A stretch of 64,000 nt of DNA from sequence record PZ445430.1; one strand, written 5' to 3'. Made by a program: the position numbers and the translations under genes. Below, one piece after another: positions 11,170-19,978 of this stretch; position 1 is the stretch's first letter, and each line of letters starts with the position of its first letter. The notes below the pieces were generated by a model, which ran no database searches, was not told where the DNA came from, and was given only the letters and a program-made list of their open reading frames with translations. The DNA comes from a phage.

Positions 11170-11748
11170 ATGACAGCCATAGTAGCATTTAAATATAAAG
11201 ATAAAGTATACTTAGCTGGTGATCGTATGGGTTCTAATGGCTATACGAAACTGCTGGTTAAAAATCCGAAAGTATTCAAAATCTCTGATGATTTGTACTT
11301 CGGATACACTAGTTCCTTCTACATGGGACAATTACTAGAGCATAGCTTTACTGTACCACCACGTTTAGCAGATATTTCCGATGATAAATATTTATATACG
11401 GAAATAGTACCTAAATTACGTGATATGTTTAACCAGAAAGATTTTGGCGAAAAGAAAAATGAAAAATATGCTGAACCTAATCTGGGACAATTTATTATGC
11501 TCTACAAAGGAAGAATCTTTATTTTCCAATCTAATGCTTCTATTCTAGAAGTTGAATATGCCGGTGTAGGCTGTGGAGGAGAAGATGTACTTTCCAGTAT
11601 TCGTACAGGTTTAGCTATTGCGGATTGTCGAGCCACAGATTTAGATGTAGATGATATATTTGAAATCATTGATCTGGCTTTTACGCATTGTGCAGATTAT
11701 ATGTGTGGTGTATCTTCTCAACATGATGTATTAGTAATTGGAGAATAA
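11170..11748 (+). CDS. hypothetical protein, possible Ntn-hydrolase (HslV/proteasome-like)
   Basis: N-terminus MTAIVAFKYKDKVYLAGDRMG resembles Thr-nucleophile start of HslV; weak. Confidence 0.35.
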   Translation: MTAIVAFKYKDKVYLAGDRMGSNGYTKLLVKNPKVFKISDDLYFGYTSSFYMGQLLEHSFTVPPRLADISDDKYLYTEIVPKLRDMFNQKDFGEKKNEKYAEPNLGQFIMLYKGRIFIFQSNASILEVEYAGVGCGGEDVLSSIRTGLAIADCRATDLDVDDIFEIIDLAFTHCADYMCGVSSQHDVLVIGE

Positions 11749-11750
11749 AT

Positions 11751-12020
11751 ATGTCTATTCTTTTATCTGCTTTAGAAGCAAAACAAAATACTATTGCTAG
11801 CATTAAAAAGGAAGTAATTGACCTAGAATCACTTATTGCCATAGAGATTGACAAAGCTATCAAAGATAAAGAATTTAACTGTCACATCCAGGGATTAACT
11901 GAATACTCAGAAAACGCTAGAAATAGCGTCATGCAAAAACTTAGCAAACTAGGTTATGTTGTAGAAGCTAAGTATGAACAGCGTGAAGGTTTTTGGCTTG
12001 AAATTGATTGGAGCAAATAA
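11751..12020 (+). CDS. hypothetical protein
   Basis: ORF coupled to upstream gene. Confidence 0.5.
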   Translation: MSILLSALEAKQNTIASIKKEVIDLESLIAIEIDKAIKDKEFNCHIQGLTEYSENARNSVMQKLSKLGYVVEAKYEQREGFWLEIDWSK

Positions 12021-12496
12021 TGTCGGTTTTCCACATATATACAGATGGTGCATGTAAAGGCAATCCTGGTTTAGGTGCGTGGGGATTCGTTGTCTATAAT
12101 GATAATGATGATCGTATTGGCTCTAAATCTGGCTTCAGCCCTAAAACTACTAATAACGAAATGGAACTTACTGCAATTGTAGAAGTTCTTCGTTGGTCTA
12201 CTAAGAAAGATAATCGTCCAGTAATTATCTACACTGATTCTGCTTACTGCAAAAATGGTATGGAAAGCTGGATGTGGTCTTGGCAGAAGAAAGGCTGGAA
12301 GAAGGGAGATGGTGAAACTCCTCTTAATCTAGAACTCTGGCAAGAAGCATTTAAACTAACTCAACAGTATATTAACTTCCATGATACCAATCCAACCTTT
12401 GTTAAGGTTAAAGGTCACTCAGGTATTCGTGGTAATGAAGAAGTTGATGCTCTATGCAATACTGTAATTACTGAGCAAGAACTTGCTGAGATGTAA
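12020..12496 (+). CDS. rnhA: ribonuclease H
   Basis: RNase HI-like motifs (IYTDGACKGNPG, TDSAY, HSGIRGNEEVD); GGAG RBS. Confidence 0.8.
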   Translation: MSVFHIYTDGACKGNPGLGAWGFVVYNDNDDRIGSKSGFSPKTTNNEMELTAIVEVLRWSTKKDNRPVIIYTDSAYCKNGMESWMWSWQKKGWKKGDGETPLNLELWQEAFKLTQQYINFHDTNPTFVKVKGHSGIRGNEEVDALCNTVITEQELAEM

Positions 12497-12516
12497 TAAA
12501 TAATTTAAAAATTCAC

Positions 12517-12545
12517 TTGCTTAAAGCCCTCGAATTTAGTATAAT
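12517..12545 (+). promoter_or_regulatory. early promoter (TTGCTT-17-TATAAT)
   Basis: -35 at 12517-12522, -10 at 12540-12545. Confidence 0.6.
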
Positions 12546-12572
12546 ATTCGTATTGAAAGTGAGGAGGGCTTT

Positions 12573-12851
12573 ATGCGAATTTACAACTCAAATTCATTAG
12601 GATTTAAACCTTTGAGAAAACGCGCACAATCTCCGCGTCAGATCAGAAAGGCAAATATTGGTGAGCCAGAAACTAGGCTTCCACCACCTCCGGAGCAGCG
12701 TCTAGTTTATCTAGATGAAGAATTAGCCGAAAGGGAACGCAAAGCTCAAGAAGAAATTGAGCGTAAGAAACTGTGTACTGCTCCTGCATATAACAAGGGT
12801 GGTTATCAGTACGTTTCCAGTGAGGAACAAGCTAAGATGATCGGCAGATAA
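12573..12851 (+). CDS. hypothetical protein
   Basis: ORF with GAGGAGGG RBS. Confidence 0.5.
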   Translation: MRIYNSNSLGFKPLRKRAQSPRQIRKANIGEPETRLPPPPEQRLVYLDEELAERERKAQEEIERKKLCTAPAYNKGGYQYVSSEEQAKMIGR

Positions 12852-12867
12852 TTTTTAAAAAATTCAT

Positions 12868-12896
12868 TTGCTAAACGCTTCAAAATTTCGTATAAT
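12868..12896 (+). promoter_or_regulatory. early promoter (TTGCTA-17-TATAAT)
   Basis: -35 at 12868-12873, -10 at 12891-12896. Confidence 0.6.
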
Positions 12897-12934
12897 ATAT
12901 CTCATAAATTGATCAACAAAAAGGAAAACAAATA

Positions 12935-13450
12935 ATGGCTAAGCAGAAAAACGCAAAAACTCAGGCAGCTCCGGCAGTTAAAACTTTCGCTCAGACCGAA
13001 GCCAATCGTAAGGCTCGTCTGGAACGTCATCTGCGTAAGCATCCTACTGATGCTCAGGCTCAGACTGCCCTGAAGTCTGCGGCTCCGGTTCGCCAGAAGC
13101 CGAAGGCCAAGAACTCTACTCGCGCAACTGCTAAGCAGGTTGTGTTCATCAAGGGTGAAGGTCATAAGTCTGTACCGGTAACTCTGAGCTTTAACGGCGG
13201 TGCTGAGATGTTCGCCCGCAACGGTATGGCTCTGAAAGACTACGAAAAAGCAGTCAATCAGAAGCGTAAGCCAATGGCTGACGTAATGCGTGAATCCCGT
13301 GGACAGTTTGGCTCCGTTAAACCGAATATTTTCGGTGTAGAGTATAGCCGTGACAACGTTCGCGCTCTGTGCTACGGTATCGGTATTAAGTTTACTGGTG
13401 CTTCTGATCGTAAATCCGCTAAACCTACTCGTAAGCGTAAAGCGAAGTAA
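12935..13450 (+). CDS. basic Ala/Lys-rich protein, possible DNA-binding
   Basis: 171 aa; Lys/Arg/Ala-rich N-terminus; CTG/CGT-rich codon usage unlike neighbours. Confidence 0.55.
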   Translation: MAKQKNAKTQAAPAVKTFAQTEANRKARLERHLRKHPTDAQAQTALKSAAPVRQKPKAKNSTRATAKQVVFIKGEGHKSVPVTLSFNGGAEMFARNGMALKDYEKAVNQKRKPMADVMRESRGQFGSVKPNIFGVEYSRDNVRALCYGIGIKFTGASDRKSAKPTRKRKAK

Positions 13451-13458
13451 TGATTGAT

Positions 13459-13472
13459 GGGGCGAAAGCCCC
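13459..13472 (+). terminator. stable GNRA-type hairpin GGGGCGAAAGCCCC
   Basis: Perfect 5-bp stem; no clear T-run. Confidence 0.35.
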
Positions 13473-13511
13473 ATATACTAACTCTTTCTCTGACTAATTA
13501 AGGATATTTTT

Positions 13512-13727
13512 ATGTTCTCTAAGAAACCACGTTCCGTTACTGAAATCGTTGCTTCCTTTACCACTATTACTGATGAACTTCAAGCTCGTATTGAAGCTGA
13601 CCAGAAAACTGCTGCTGATATTCAGAAACAGCAGGAAGAACTCGCTCTGAAACTGGCTGAAACCAATAAGAGTGAAAAATCTGCTCAAACTATTAAGGAA
13701 AATATCCTTAAACTGCTGGGCAAGTAA
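13512..13727 (+). CDS. hypothetical protein
   Basis: ORF with RBS. Confidence 0.5.
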   Translation: MFSKKPRSVTEIVASFTTITDELQARIEADQKTAADIQKQQEELALKLAETNKSEKSAQTIKENILKLLGK

Positions 13728-13736
13728 TTTAAATCA

Positions 13737-13758
13737 GGGGGCGAAAGCCCCTCTTATT
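13737..13758 (+). terminator. hairpin GGGGCGAAAGCCCC plus T-rich tail
   Basis: Second copy of the same hairpin. Confidence 0.45.
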
Positions 13759-13768
13759 TGGAGAAACT

Positions 13769-13981
13769 ATGCGTAACTTCGTTGCAAAGAATGATTTTAA
13801 CCGTGCTAGCACTCACAAGTCTGCTAGAGACTACACTCGTCTTTCTAAACATGAGCTTCTAGAAGAAATCATGGAAGAAAACTGGGATGTTAGTGAAAAT
13901 GGAACAGACCTGTTTGAAGAAGAGGAAGTTCCTCTGAAAGACCCCAAACAGTGGGAGTCTATTAAAGAGACAGCTCTTTAA
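13769..13981 (+). CDS. hypothetical acidic protein
   Basis: ORF with GGAG RBS. Confidence 0.5.
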   Translation: MRNFVAKNDFNRASTHKSARDYTRLSKHELLEEIMEENWDVSENGTDLFEEEEVPLKDPKQWESIKETAL

Positions 13982-14011
13982 TAGTTTTCTACAACAATAA
14001 AGGACATAATT

Positions 14012-14713
14012 ATGAAATTCAAGCCCTTTGGTATGCTGGACATTGAATCTCTAGGTACTCCAGGAAATTGCGGTACTACTCATATTGCAATGCCTTCTTT
14101 CGCTTTTGTAGCGATGCACGGAATTGATAAAGATCCTGATCTGGTATTCGTTACTCTAGACGTTCAAGATCAGCTTAATGCGGGTGCTAAGGTAACTGCC
14201 TCTACTATTGCATTCTGGATGGATCAAGCTAAAAACAGTCCATCTGCGCTCCATATTATGGAGGCTCTAAATGGTCGTAATCCTAAGCTGATTGCCTTCC
14301 GTGATGGTAAGCATCACTGCACTAATGACGTAGGCTCTAATTATGCTGCCTTCTCTATGGCTCAGAACATTATGGAATTGTCTCTAGGAGATAATGCTCT
14401 GTATTACGGCAATGGCCCAGAGTTTGATATGACAATCTACTCTGCAAATACGTTCCATGCCGGAACCCATGAAGAAATAGTTCCGTGGAAATTCTGGAAC
14501 TTAGGTAACGTTCGATCTTTCCGTAATCAGTGGATGCAAGCTGGTTATAGCTATAAAGATCTAGAAGCCGAAGGTGCTAGCTGGGCAAAAGCTAAAATGG
14601 AAAAGATGGACACCATTCGTTATGGAATCTATCCTGTGAAGCATGATCCAGCATTCGATGCTTTAGTTGAAAGTTATTGTGTAGCCGTCATGATCGAAAA
14701 AATCAAAATTTGA
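14012..14713 (+). CDS. DEDDh-type 3'-5' exonuclease-like protein
   Basis: Candidate Exo motifs MLDIESLGT, GNGPEFD, HDPAFDA. Confidence 0.55.
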   Translation: MKFKPFGMLDIESLGTPGNCGTTHIAMPSFAFVAMHGIDKDPDLVFVTLDVQDQLNAGAKVTASTIAFWMDQAKNSPSALHIMEALNGRNPKLIAFRDGKHHCTNDVGSNYAAFSMAQNIMELSLGDNALYYGNGPEFDMTIYSANTFHAGTHEEIVPWKFWNLGNVRSFRNQWMQAGYSYKDLEAEGASWAKAKMEKMDTIRYGIYPVKHDPAFDALVESYCVAVMIEKIKI

Positions 14714-14714
14714 T

Positions 14715-14743
14715 TTGCTTTCAGCTCCAAAATTCTGTATAAT
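14715..14743 (+). promoter_or_regulatory. early promoter (TTGCTT-17-TATAAT)
   Basis: -35 at 14715-14720, -10 at 14738-14743. Confidence 0.6.
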
Positions 14744-14783
14744 ATATTCATAAATTTGAGAGAACAACAAAAGGAAAATAATT

Positions 14784-14966
14784 ATGCCAGTATCTAAAAA
14801 CGTCCGTAAAAATGGTAAAGTAGCAAAACGTAACCTGGGTCTGCGTCGTATGGCTGAGTGTCAGTCCGGCATCCAGAAAATCTTTAATGTACTGAATCGC
14901 GCCAACCCGAATATTGATAACAGTTCTGATACTGTTCTGCGCACTCTGCTGGCAATCGGTCTGTAA
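14784..14966 (+). CDS. hypothetical basic protein
   Basis: ORF with AAGGAAA RBS. Confidence 0.45.
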   Translation: MPVSKNVRKNGKVAKRNLGLRRMAECQSGIQKIFNVLNRANPNIDNSSDTVLRTLLAIGL

Positions 14967-15020
14967 TAGGCCGTTTTTAAAACAAATTCAAATCTCAAAC
15001 TTCATATAAGGAAGCAAATA

Positions 15021-15659
15021 ATGACTACTCGTATCTCTAAAACTCGTGCTCTGGCAACTATCAAGTCTCTGGAAGCTAAAATCCGTAAAGCTACTGAACA
15101 ACAGCTTTTGATCGCTGTTGGTGAAGGTAAGGACAAGAACCAAGTTGTCGTTGGCGCTGCAATCGAAGTAGATGCTCTGTCTACTCGTATTAAGACTGAT
15201 TTCCAGTCTCTGCTGGATATGATGTCCCAGCGTGATCAGCTGAAAGCTGCGCTGATCAAGAGCAATGCTGAAACTGTTGTAGAGATCGGTTCTCGCTCTA
15301 TGACTGTTGCGGAAGCAATCGAAGCTAAGCGTTCTATGGAACTCAAAGCTCAGTTGCTGGCTAACATGCGTAAGCAGTTCCATGCTGCTACTGTTAAGTT
15401 TAACACTCAGAAGGCTCAGTTTGACGCCAAGTATGAGCGTCTGCAGGATACCATGGCTACCCGCGACAAGAAGACTTCCGAGGATGAAGTTAAGATGCAG
15501 CTTAACCTGCTGGAACTCAAGAACACTCCGTTCCTGATCGATCCGCTGGAGCTAGAAAAGCTGATCAAGCAACACGACGAAGAATACCAGGACTTTGCAA
15601 CTAACGTTGACTTTGTTCTGTCTGAGTCCAACGCCTCTACTTTCATCGAAGTAGAGTAA
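15021..15659 (+). CDS. hypothetical protein
   Basis: 212 aa; AAGGAAG RBS; codon usage like 12935..13450. Confidence 0.55.
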   Translation: MTTRISKTRALATIKSLEAKIRKATEQQLLIAVGEGKDKNQVVVGAAIEVDALSTRIKTDFQSLLDMMSQRDQLKAALIKSNAETVVEIGSRSMTVAEAIEAKRSMELKAQLLANMRKQFHAATVKFNTQKAQFDAKYERLQDTMATRDKKTSEDEVKMQLNLLELKNTPFLIDPLELEKLIKQHDEEYQDFATNVDFVLSESNASTFIEVE

Positions 15660-16039
15660 TAATTTAAAAGACTAGTAAATCGGTAGACGAAAGCCCAAGC
15701 ATCTTACCTCGCAGCAGCGGTTGAAATACGAGGTTAAATAAGACCGCTGACCATACTATAAAGTATAATCTATTGGAGATTATGTTTATTACACCAGCCT
15801 CTTAAGCTGAACTGTAAAAACGGTCGTTGGTAGTACCAACACAACTTCAAAGATCAACGCTCAAGTATGAAAGCTGAAAAGTTAAAAGAACTCAAACTTC
15901 TAACCTTCTAAAGCTAAAAGATGCAAAGTATTCGTTGATGATTCAAACCCTAGATCAAAGGTACATGGCTCATAAGATATGGCCTGTGGCGCCTCTAGGC
16001 TGTTTATCGGTTCACTAGTCTCTCAATTTAAAAATGTAT

Positions 16040-16068
16040 TTGCTAATTAGTTTAGTTTTCTATATAAT
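16040..16068 (+). promoter_or_regulatory. early promoter (TTGCTA-17-TATAAT)
   Basis: -35 at 16040-16045, -10 at 16063-16068. Confidence 0.6.
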
Positions 16069-16098
16069 ATATTTTTAAATTGATGAGACGAGGCTATT

Positions 16099-16416
16099 AT
16101 GATTTTTCATATTCTGATTGATGATGTTCGTGACCTGCATGGGATGGATATTATCATTCGAACCCCCGAAGCCGCTATTGAGTTTCTGAATACAACCGAT
16201 ACCACCGGACATTTCGTTTATATGGATAATGATCTGGCTGTAGATGGTATGGAAGGTTATCAAATTCTTCGTTTACTCCTAGAATTTGGACAGAGACCCA
16301 AGAAAGTGGTACTAGTAACCTCGAACCCTGTAGCTAAGCAGAACATGCGTAATGATTTGCTTGACGAAGGGTATCAAGAAAGCCCTAATCGTATTGAGTA
16401 CGATTGGCCGGAGTAA
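16099..16416 (+). CDS. hypothetical protein
   Basis: ORF with GAGG RBS. Confidence 0.5.
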   Translation: MIFHILIDDVRDLHGMDIIIRTPEAAIEFLNTTDTTGHFVYMDNDLAVDGMEGYQILRLLLEFGQRPKKVVLVTSNPVAKQNMRNDLLDEGYQESPNRIEYDWPE

Positions 16417-16421
16417 ATAAA

Positions 16422-16871
16422 ATGAAGGCAGCTTTGCTTCTAATAGCTGCCCTAACCTATAGCTTCAATAGTCATGCTACCTACGACTCAAAGCAGATTG
16501 ATTGCATTGCAAAAAATATCTACTTCGAAGCACGAGGTGAGGGCACAAAGGGAATGATTGCAGTTGCACAGGTTACTAAAAACCGTGTAAACTCCGGTAA
16601 ATTCCCTGATTCTTACTGTAAAGTAGTATATCAGTCTAACCAATTCAGCTGGACAGCTAAAAAACCTAGGGTTGATAAAACAGATGAGACTTGGCAAGTT
16701 GCTAAGAACTTAGCTAGAGTGATATACTACGTTGATTTACCACAAGATCCAACACAGGGGGCGTTATACTTCCATAGTGGTAAAGATAAACCGTACTGGA
16801 CAAAGAAGTTTAAGAAAACAACGAAGATTCAAGGCCATACGTTCTACAAGCCTGTGGTTAAGAAAACTTAA
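16422..16871 (+). CDS. secreted cell-wall hydrolase (SleB/Hydrolase_2-like)
   Basis: Signal peptide MKAALLLIAALTYSFNSHA; motif NIYFEARGEG..AVAQVTKNR. Confidence 0.55.
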   Translation: MKAALLLIAALTYSFNSHATYDSKQIDCIAKNIYFEARGEGTKGMIAVAQVTKNRVNSGKFPDSYCKVVYQSNQFSWTAKKPRVDKTDETWQVAKNLARVIYYVDLPQDPTQGALYFHSGKDKPYWTKKFKKTTKIQGHTFYKPVVKKT

Positions 16872-16878
16872 AAATTCG

Positions 16879-16907
16879 ATTGCTTAAAGACTTAAATTTC
16901 TGTATAA
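16879..16907 (+). promoter_or_regulatory. early promoter (TTGCTT-17-TATAAT)
   Basis: -35 at 16879-16884, -10 at 16902-16907. Confidence 0.6.
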
Positions 16908-16939
16908 TACTTTCATAAATTAATGAGAGGAAGCGAAAT

Positions 16940-17110
16940 ATGAAATCAGTTGTAATTATTGGTGTTAATACCCGTGGTATCCGTACTACGAAAACAGTTA
17001 AAACTACTAACGTTGCTGAAATTACTACAAACCCTAAGAAGTTTGATTTCGCCAAAGTCTCGGCAGTTATGACAGAACAATCTTTTAACCAAGTACTGGG
17101 AATTAAATAA
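16940..17110 (+). CDS. small hypothetical protein (56 aa)
   Basis: Short ORF with GAGAGGAAG RBS, coupled to next gene. Confidence 0.35.
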   Translation: MKSVVIIGVNTRGIRTTKTVKTTNVAEITTNPKKFDFAKVSAVMTEQSFNQVLGIK

Positions 17111-17553
17111 TGGAAGAAAATATTCTAAATGTTTTGCGTAGGGCTTTGCAGGAATCTAAGATTGATGGCTCTGATAAAGAGGTAGCTAAAAGCTACCAGA
17201 CCATAATCGAAGATCTTCAGCGTGTTGATAAAGACTTCATTACTTCTGAACAGTTTGTGTCTTATCTCAAAGCTCAGCTGAAAAGCATTAATCAGACGAA
17301 AGCTAAACTTCATGGTCAAGACCTTGATAATTATAGCTTGCAGTCTGCTCAGTATGAATATATACTGAACAAATGGCTACAACAGTATCTGCCGCCTCAG
17401 CTTTCTGATTCTGAGATTCGCAAATACTTTGCAGAATTAGTTACGTTGAACCCTGGGATTACGAAGAGTATGCTGATGAAAGCGATTAAGGAAGAATTCC
17501 CTGGTCGTTATGACGGTGGCATCGCTGCTCAGGTTGCTGGCGAATTTAACTAA
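17110..17553 (+). CDS. hypothetical protein
   Basis: ORF. Confidence 0.5.
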   Translation: MEENILNVLRRALQESKIDGSDKEVAKSYQTIIEDLQRVDKDFITSEQFVSYLKAQLKSINQTKAKLHGQDLDNYSLQSAQYEYILNKWLQQYLPPQLSDSEIRKYFAELVTLNPGITKSMLMKAIKEEFPGRYDGGIAAQVAGEFN

Positions 17554-17561
17554 AAATTGAT

Positions 17562-17590
17562 TTGCTAAACGCTTCAAAATTCTGTATAAT
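17562..17590 (+). promoter_or_regulatory. early promoter (TTGCTA-17-TATAAT) reading into an ORF-free region
   Basis: -35 at 17562-17567, -10 at 17585-17590. Confidence 0.6.
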
Positions 17591-17845
17591 AGATTCATAA
17601 ATTAGAGAACAGCGAGCCGATTACGCTGAGTGAGTTTAGTGATTCCTACTAGGATAGCTACTCCACTGAATAGAGTCGGTGAGTTGGAGACTAGTAAGTA
17701 CTCTGAGAGAGGCTACGAGCTAACGCTTATTGCTATTGATAGGGAACTGAAAATCTGCGGAAAACTCGGGAGCTGTCCCGAAATCTCGTAAACTCTTCTC
17801 TAGTTTATGTTAGTGGGGTGTCGAACTGACTTATGTGATAACACT

Positions 17846-17917
17846 GCCGTCCTAGTATAAACGGTAATATCAAACCGTAACTGGTGGAAGATGCAGGTTC
17901 GAATCCTGCGGTCGGAA
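17846..17917 (+). ncRNA. tRNA-like element
   Basis: Canonical T-arm GCAGGTTCGAATCCTGC; acceptor and anticodon stems do not pair; no CCA. Confidence 0.3.
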
Positions 17918-18449
17918 AGAATCAGATAACTCGGGCTTATACCGGATAAGCATTCGCTGCTGTAGTACATACTATGACGGTTCAGGAGGTACGCCTCCTG
18001 ATCAGTATTAGGTTAGAATCGAAACAGCTAAACCACGAGGAAACCTGACGGCCTCAACCAAACTCGGAACTCGGGATCACTGCCTAGTGTGTACCCCGTT
18101 TAACCTGAGACTAGGCATCCAGCTTCGCATCGAAAATCGGAGGTGCGATTCTAACAGACCGCGTGAATATGAGAGTGGGAAACGCTGACATGAGAGATGT
18201 CACTAATGGTGCCCAATAGTACAGGTAATTCGCGATAATTCCTGTTGAGCGGCAGCAGTAGGCTGGGAGTCATGACCTAAGCCTAACCGAGTTCTTCACA
18301 TACGGAGAACATAACCACAAAGTCACCCTGACTTAAACTGGAAGATATTGTCTGACGGAAGGGCTGCAGAGCTTAATCTGAGGGGGCTGACCCTACCTAC
18401 CGTCGGGTATCTTTAAGAGCTTTTATAAGAGTTCTTAAAAATACCTAAA

Positions 18450-18524
18450 CGGGGTGTAGTCTAAGGGATAGGCAGGAGTCTTCTAAATTCCTTTATGCAG
18501 GTTCGAATCCTGTCACCTCGGCCA
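18450..18524 (+). tRNA. tRNA-Arg(TCT)
   Basis: Manual cloverleaf; anticodon loop CTTCTAA; CCA encoded. Confidence 0.7.
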
Positions 18525-18550
18525 ATTTTATTAACTGCTAGGAAAATAAA

Positions 18551-18751
18551 GTGAAAACACGATATATAGTAAAAGTAGTAGGTGAACATTCACAAGTAAA
18601 TACCACCGATGTTACAGCGCTAGCATTTGAAGTAGTCTCCGGTATAGTCATATTTCATAACGGAGATATCAAAGCTCCTGAATTTGCTGTGGATGCTAGC
18701 CTGTTTATTTCTGCAACTAAAGTAACTGTAGTAGCTAACTCTTCTAAATAA
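18551..18751 (+). CDS. hypothetical protein
   Basis: ORF with GTG start after AGGAAA RBS. Confidence 0.4.
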   Translation: MKTRYIVKVVGEHSQVNTTDVTALAFEVVSGIVIFHNGDIKAPEFAVDASLFISATKVTVVANSSK

Positions 18752-18762
18752 TAAGGAAATAT

Positions 18763-19707
18763 ATGTTTACTAAAAACACTAAAGAACTGACTTCCGATCA
18801 AAAAGTAATTCGTACTATTAAACGTTGGGGCGTTGGTGCTGTAGTTGGTCTTGGCGCTCTTATTCTGGCTCTCAATTCCTATACAGTTGTTCAGGACGGT
18901 ACGGTTAAAACTCAGACTTTCCTGGGTAAAGTTAGTCCTAATCCTGTATTGCCGGGGTTCCATATTGTCAACCCATTCGCCTCTTTTGATACTTTTAGTA
19001 CGAAAGATATTTCTATGAAACTGGATAAACTTCAGGTTCCTAGCCAGGATAAGTTTAAGTCCACTGTTGACATTACCGTTATGTTGCAGTTTGATGGTGC
19101 TAAAGCTCCTATGAACCGTGTTAACGCAGGTACTCAGGATCAAGCTCTGAACAAGTACGTTGAAGAGAAGATGCTATCTACTATTCGTGAGTTTGGTAAG
19201 TCTGTACCAAAAGCACAAGATCTGTTCGACGCTAAGATTCAGGCTCAACTGCAAACTGCTATTCAGCAAGAAGTAGAAGAGTACGCGCGTCCTTATGGTT
19301 ACACGGTTAAGCAAGTATTCCTTCAGGATATTACTCTGCCACCTGTAATCATGGAACAGGTACAAAACACAAAAGTTCGTGAAGAACAAGTTAACGCCGC
19401 TAAAGCTGAATTGGCTCGTGTTGAACAAGAAGCACAGCAGAAAGTTAAGCAAGCTGAAGCTGATCGTTCTGCTCGTGAAAACATGGCAGTAGCTAACGAA
19501 CGTGACGCAGATGCTAAACTGTACGCAGCTAAGAAAGAAGCTGAAGCTAACGCCGCGCTGCAACGTACCATTACTCCTGAAATGATTCGTTGGAAGCAGC
19601 TGGAAGTTGAAATGCTTCGTGCTGAAAAATACCAAGGTGGTGTACCGCAGACTATTGTTGGTACTGGCTACGATGGTCAAATGATCATGGATATGCGTAA
19701 CAAGTAA
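18763..19707 (+). CDS. SPFH/band-7 (HflK/C, prohibitin-like) membrane protein
   Basis: N-terminal TM helix, SPFH-like core, long Ala/Glu/Lys coiled coil. Confidence 0.7.
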   Translation: MFTKNTKELTSDQKVIRTIKRWGVGAVVGLGALILALNSYTVVQDGTVKTQTFLGKVSPNPVLPGFHIVNPFASFDTFSTKDISMKLDKLQVPSQDKFKSTVDITVMLQFDGAKAPMNRVNAGTQDQALNKYVEEKMLSTIREFGKSVPKAQDLFDAKIQAQLQTAIQQEVEEYARPYGYTVKQVFLQDITLPPVIMEQVQNTKVREEQVNAAKAELARVEQEAQQKVKQAEADRSARENMAVANERDADAKLYAAKKEAEANAALQRTITPEMIRWKQLEVEMLRAEKYQGGVPQTIVGTGYDGQMIMDMRNK

Positions 19708-19730
19708 TAGTTACACGTAATCTTCGAACC

Positions 19731-19768
19731 AAGCCCGCGTTTCCTCCGAGAGCGCGGGCTTTTCTGTA
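19731..19768 (+). terminator. rho-independent terminator
   Basis: Hairpin aagcccgcg..cgcgggctt plus T-run. Confidence 0.6.
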
Positions 19769-19919
19769 TTTAAGGCAAAAGAAAAGCCCATAAGTTATTC
19801 AACTAAGGTCTTTAGTATTTAATTCTTTAATTCTTTAGAATCATATACTATTATTGTAGCAACAACGTGCTACCACTAAATGCCTTGAGATTTTTCCACT
19901 AAAAAGTTTAAAAATTCGA

Positions 19920-19948
19920 TTGCTTGAACGCTAAATTCTCTGTATAAT
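19920..19948 (+). promoter_or_regulatory. early promoter (TTGCTT-17-TATAAT)
   Basis: -35 at 19920-19925, -10 at 19943-19948. Confidence 0.6.
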
Positions 19949-19978
19949 ATATTTATAAATTTGAGAGAGGAATCAAAT

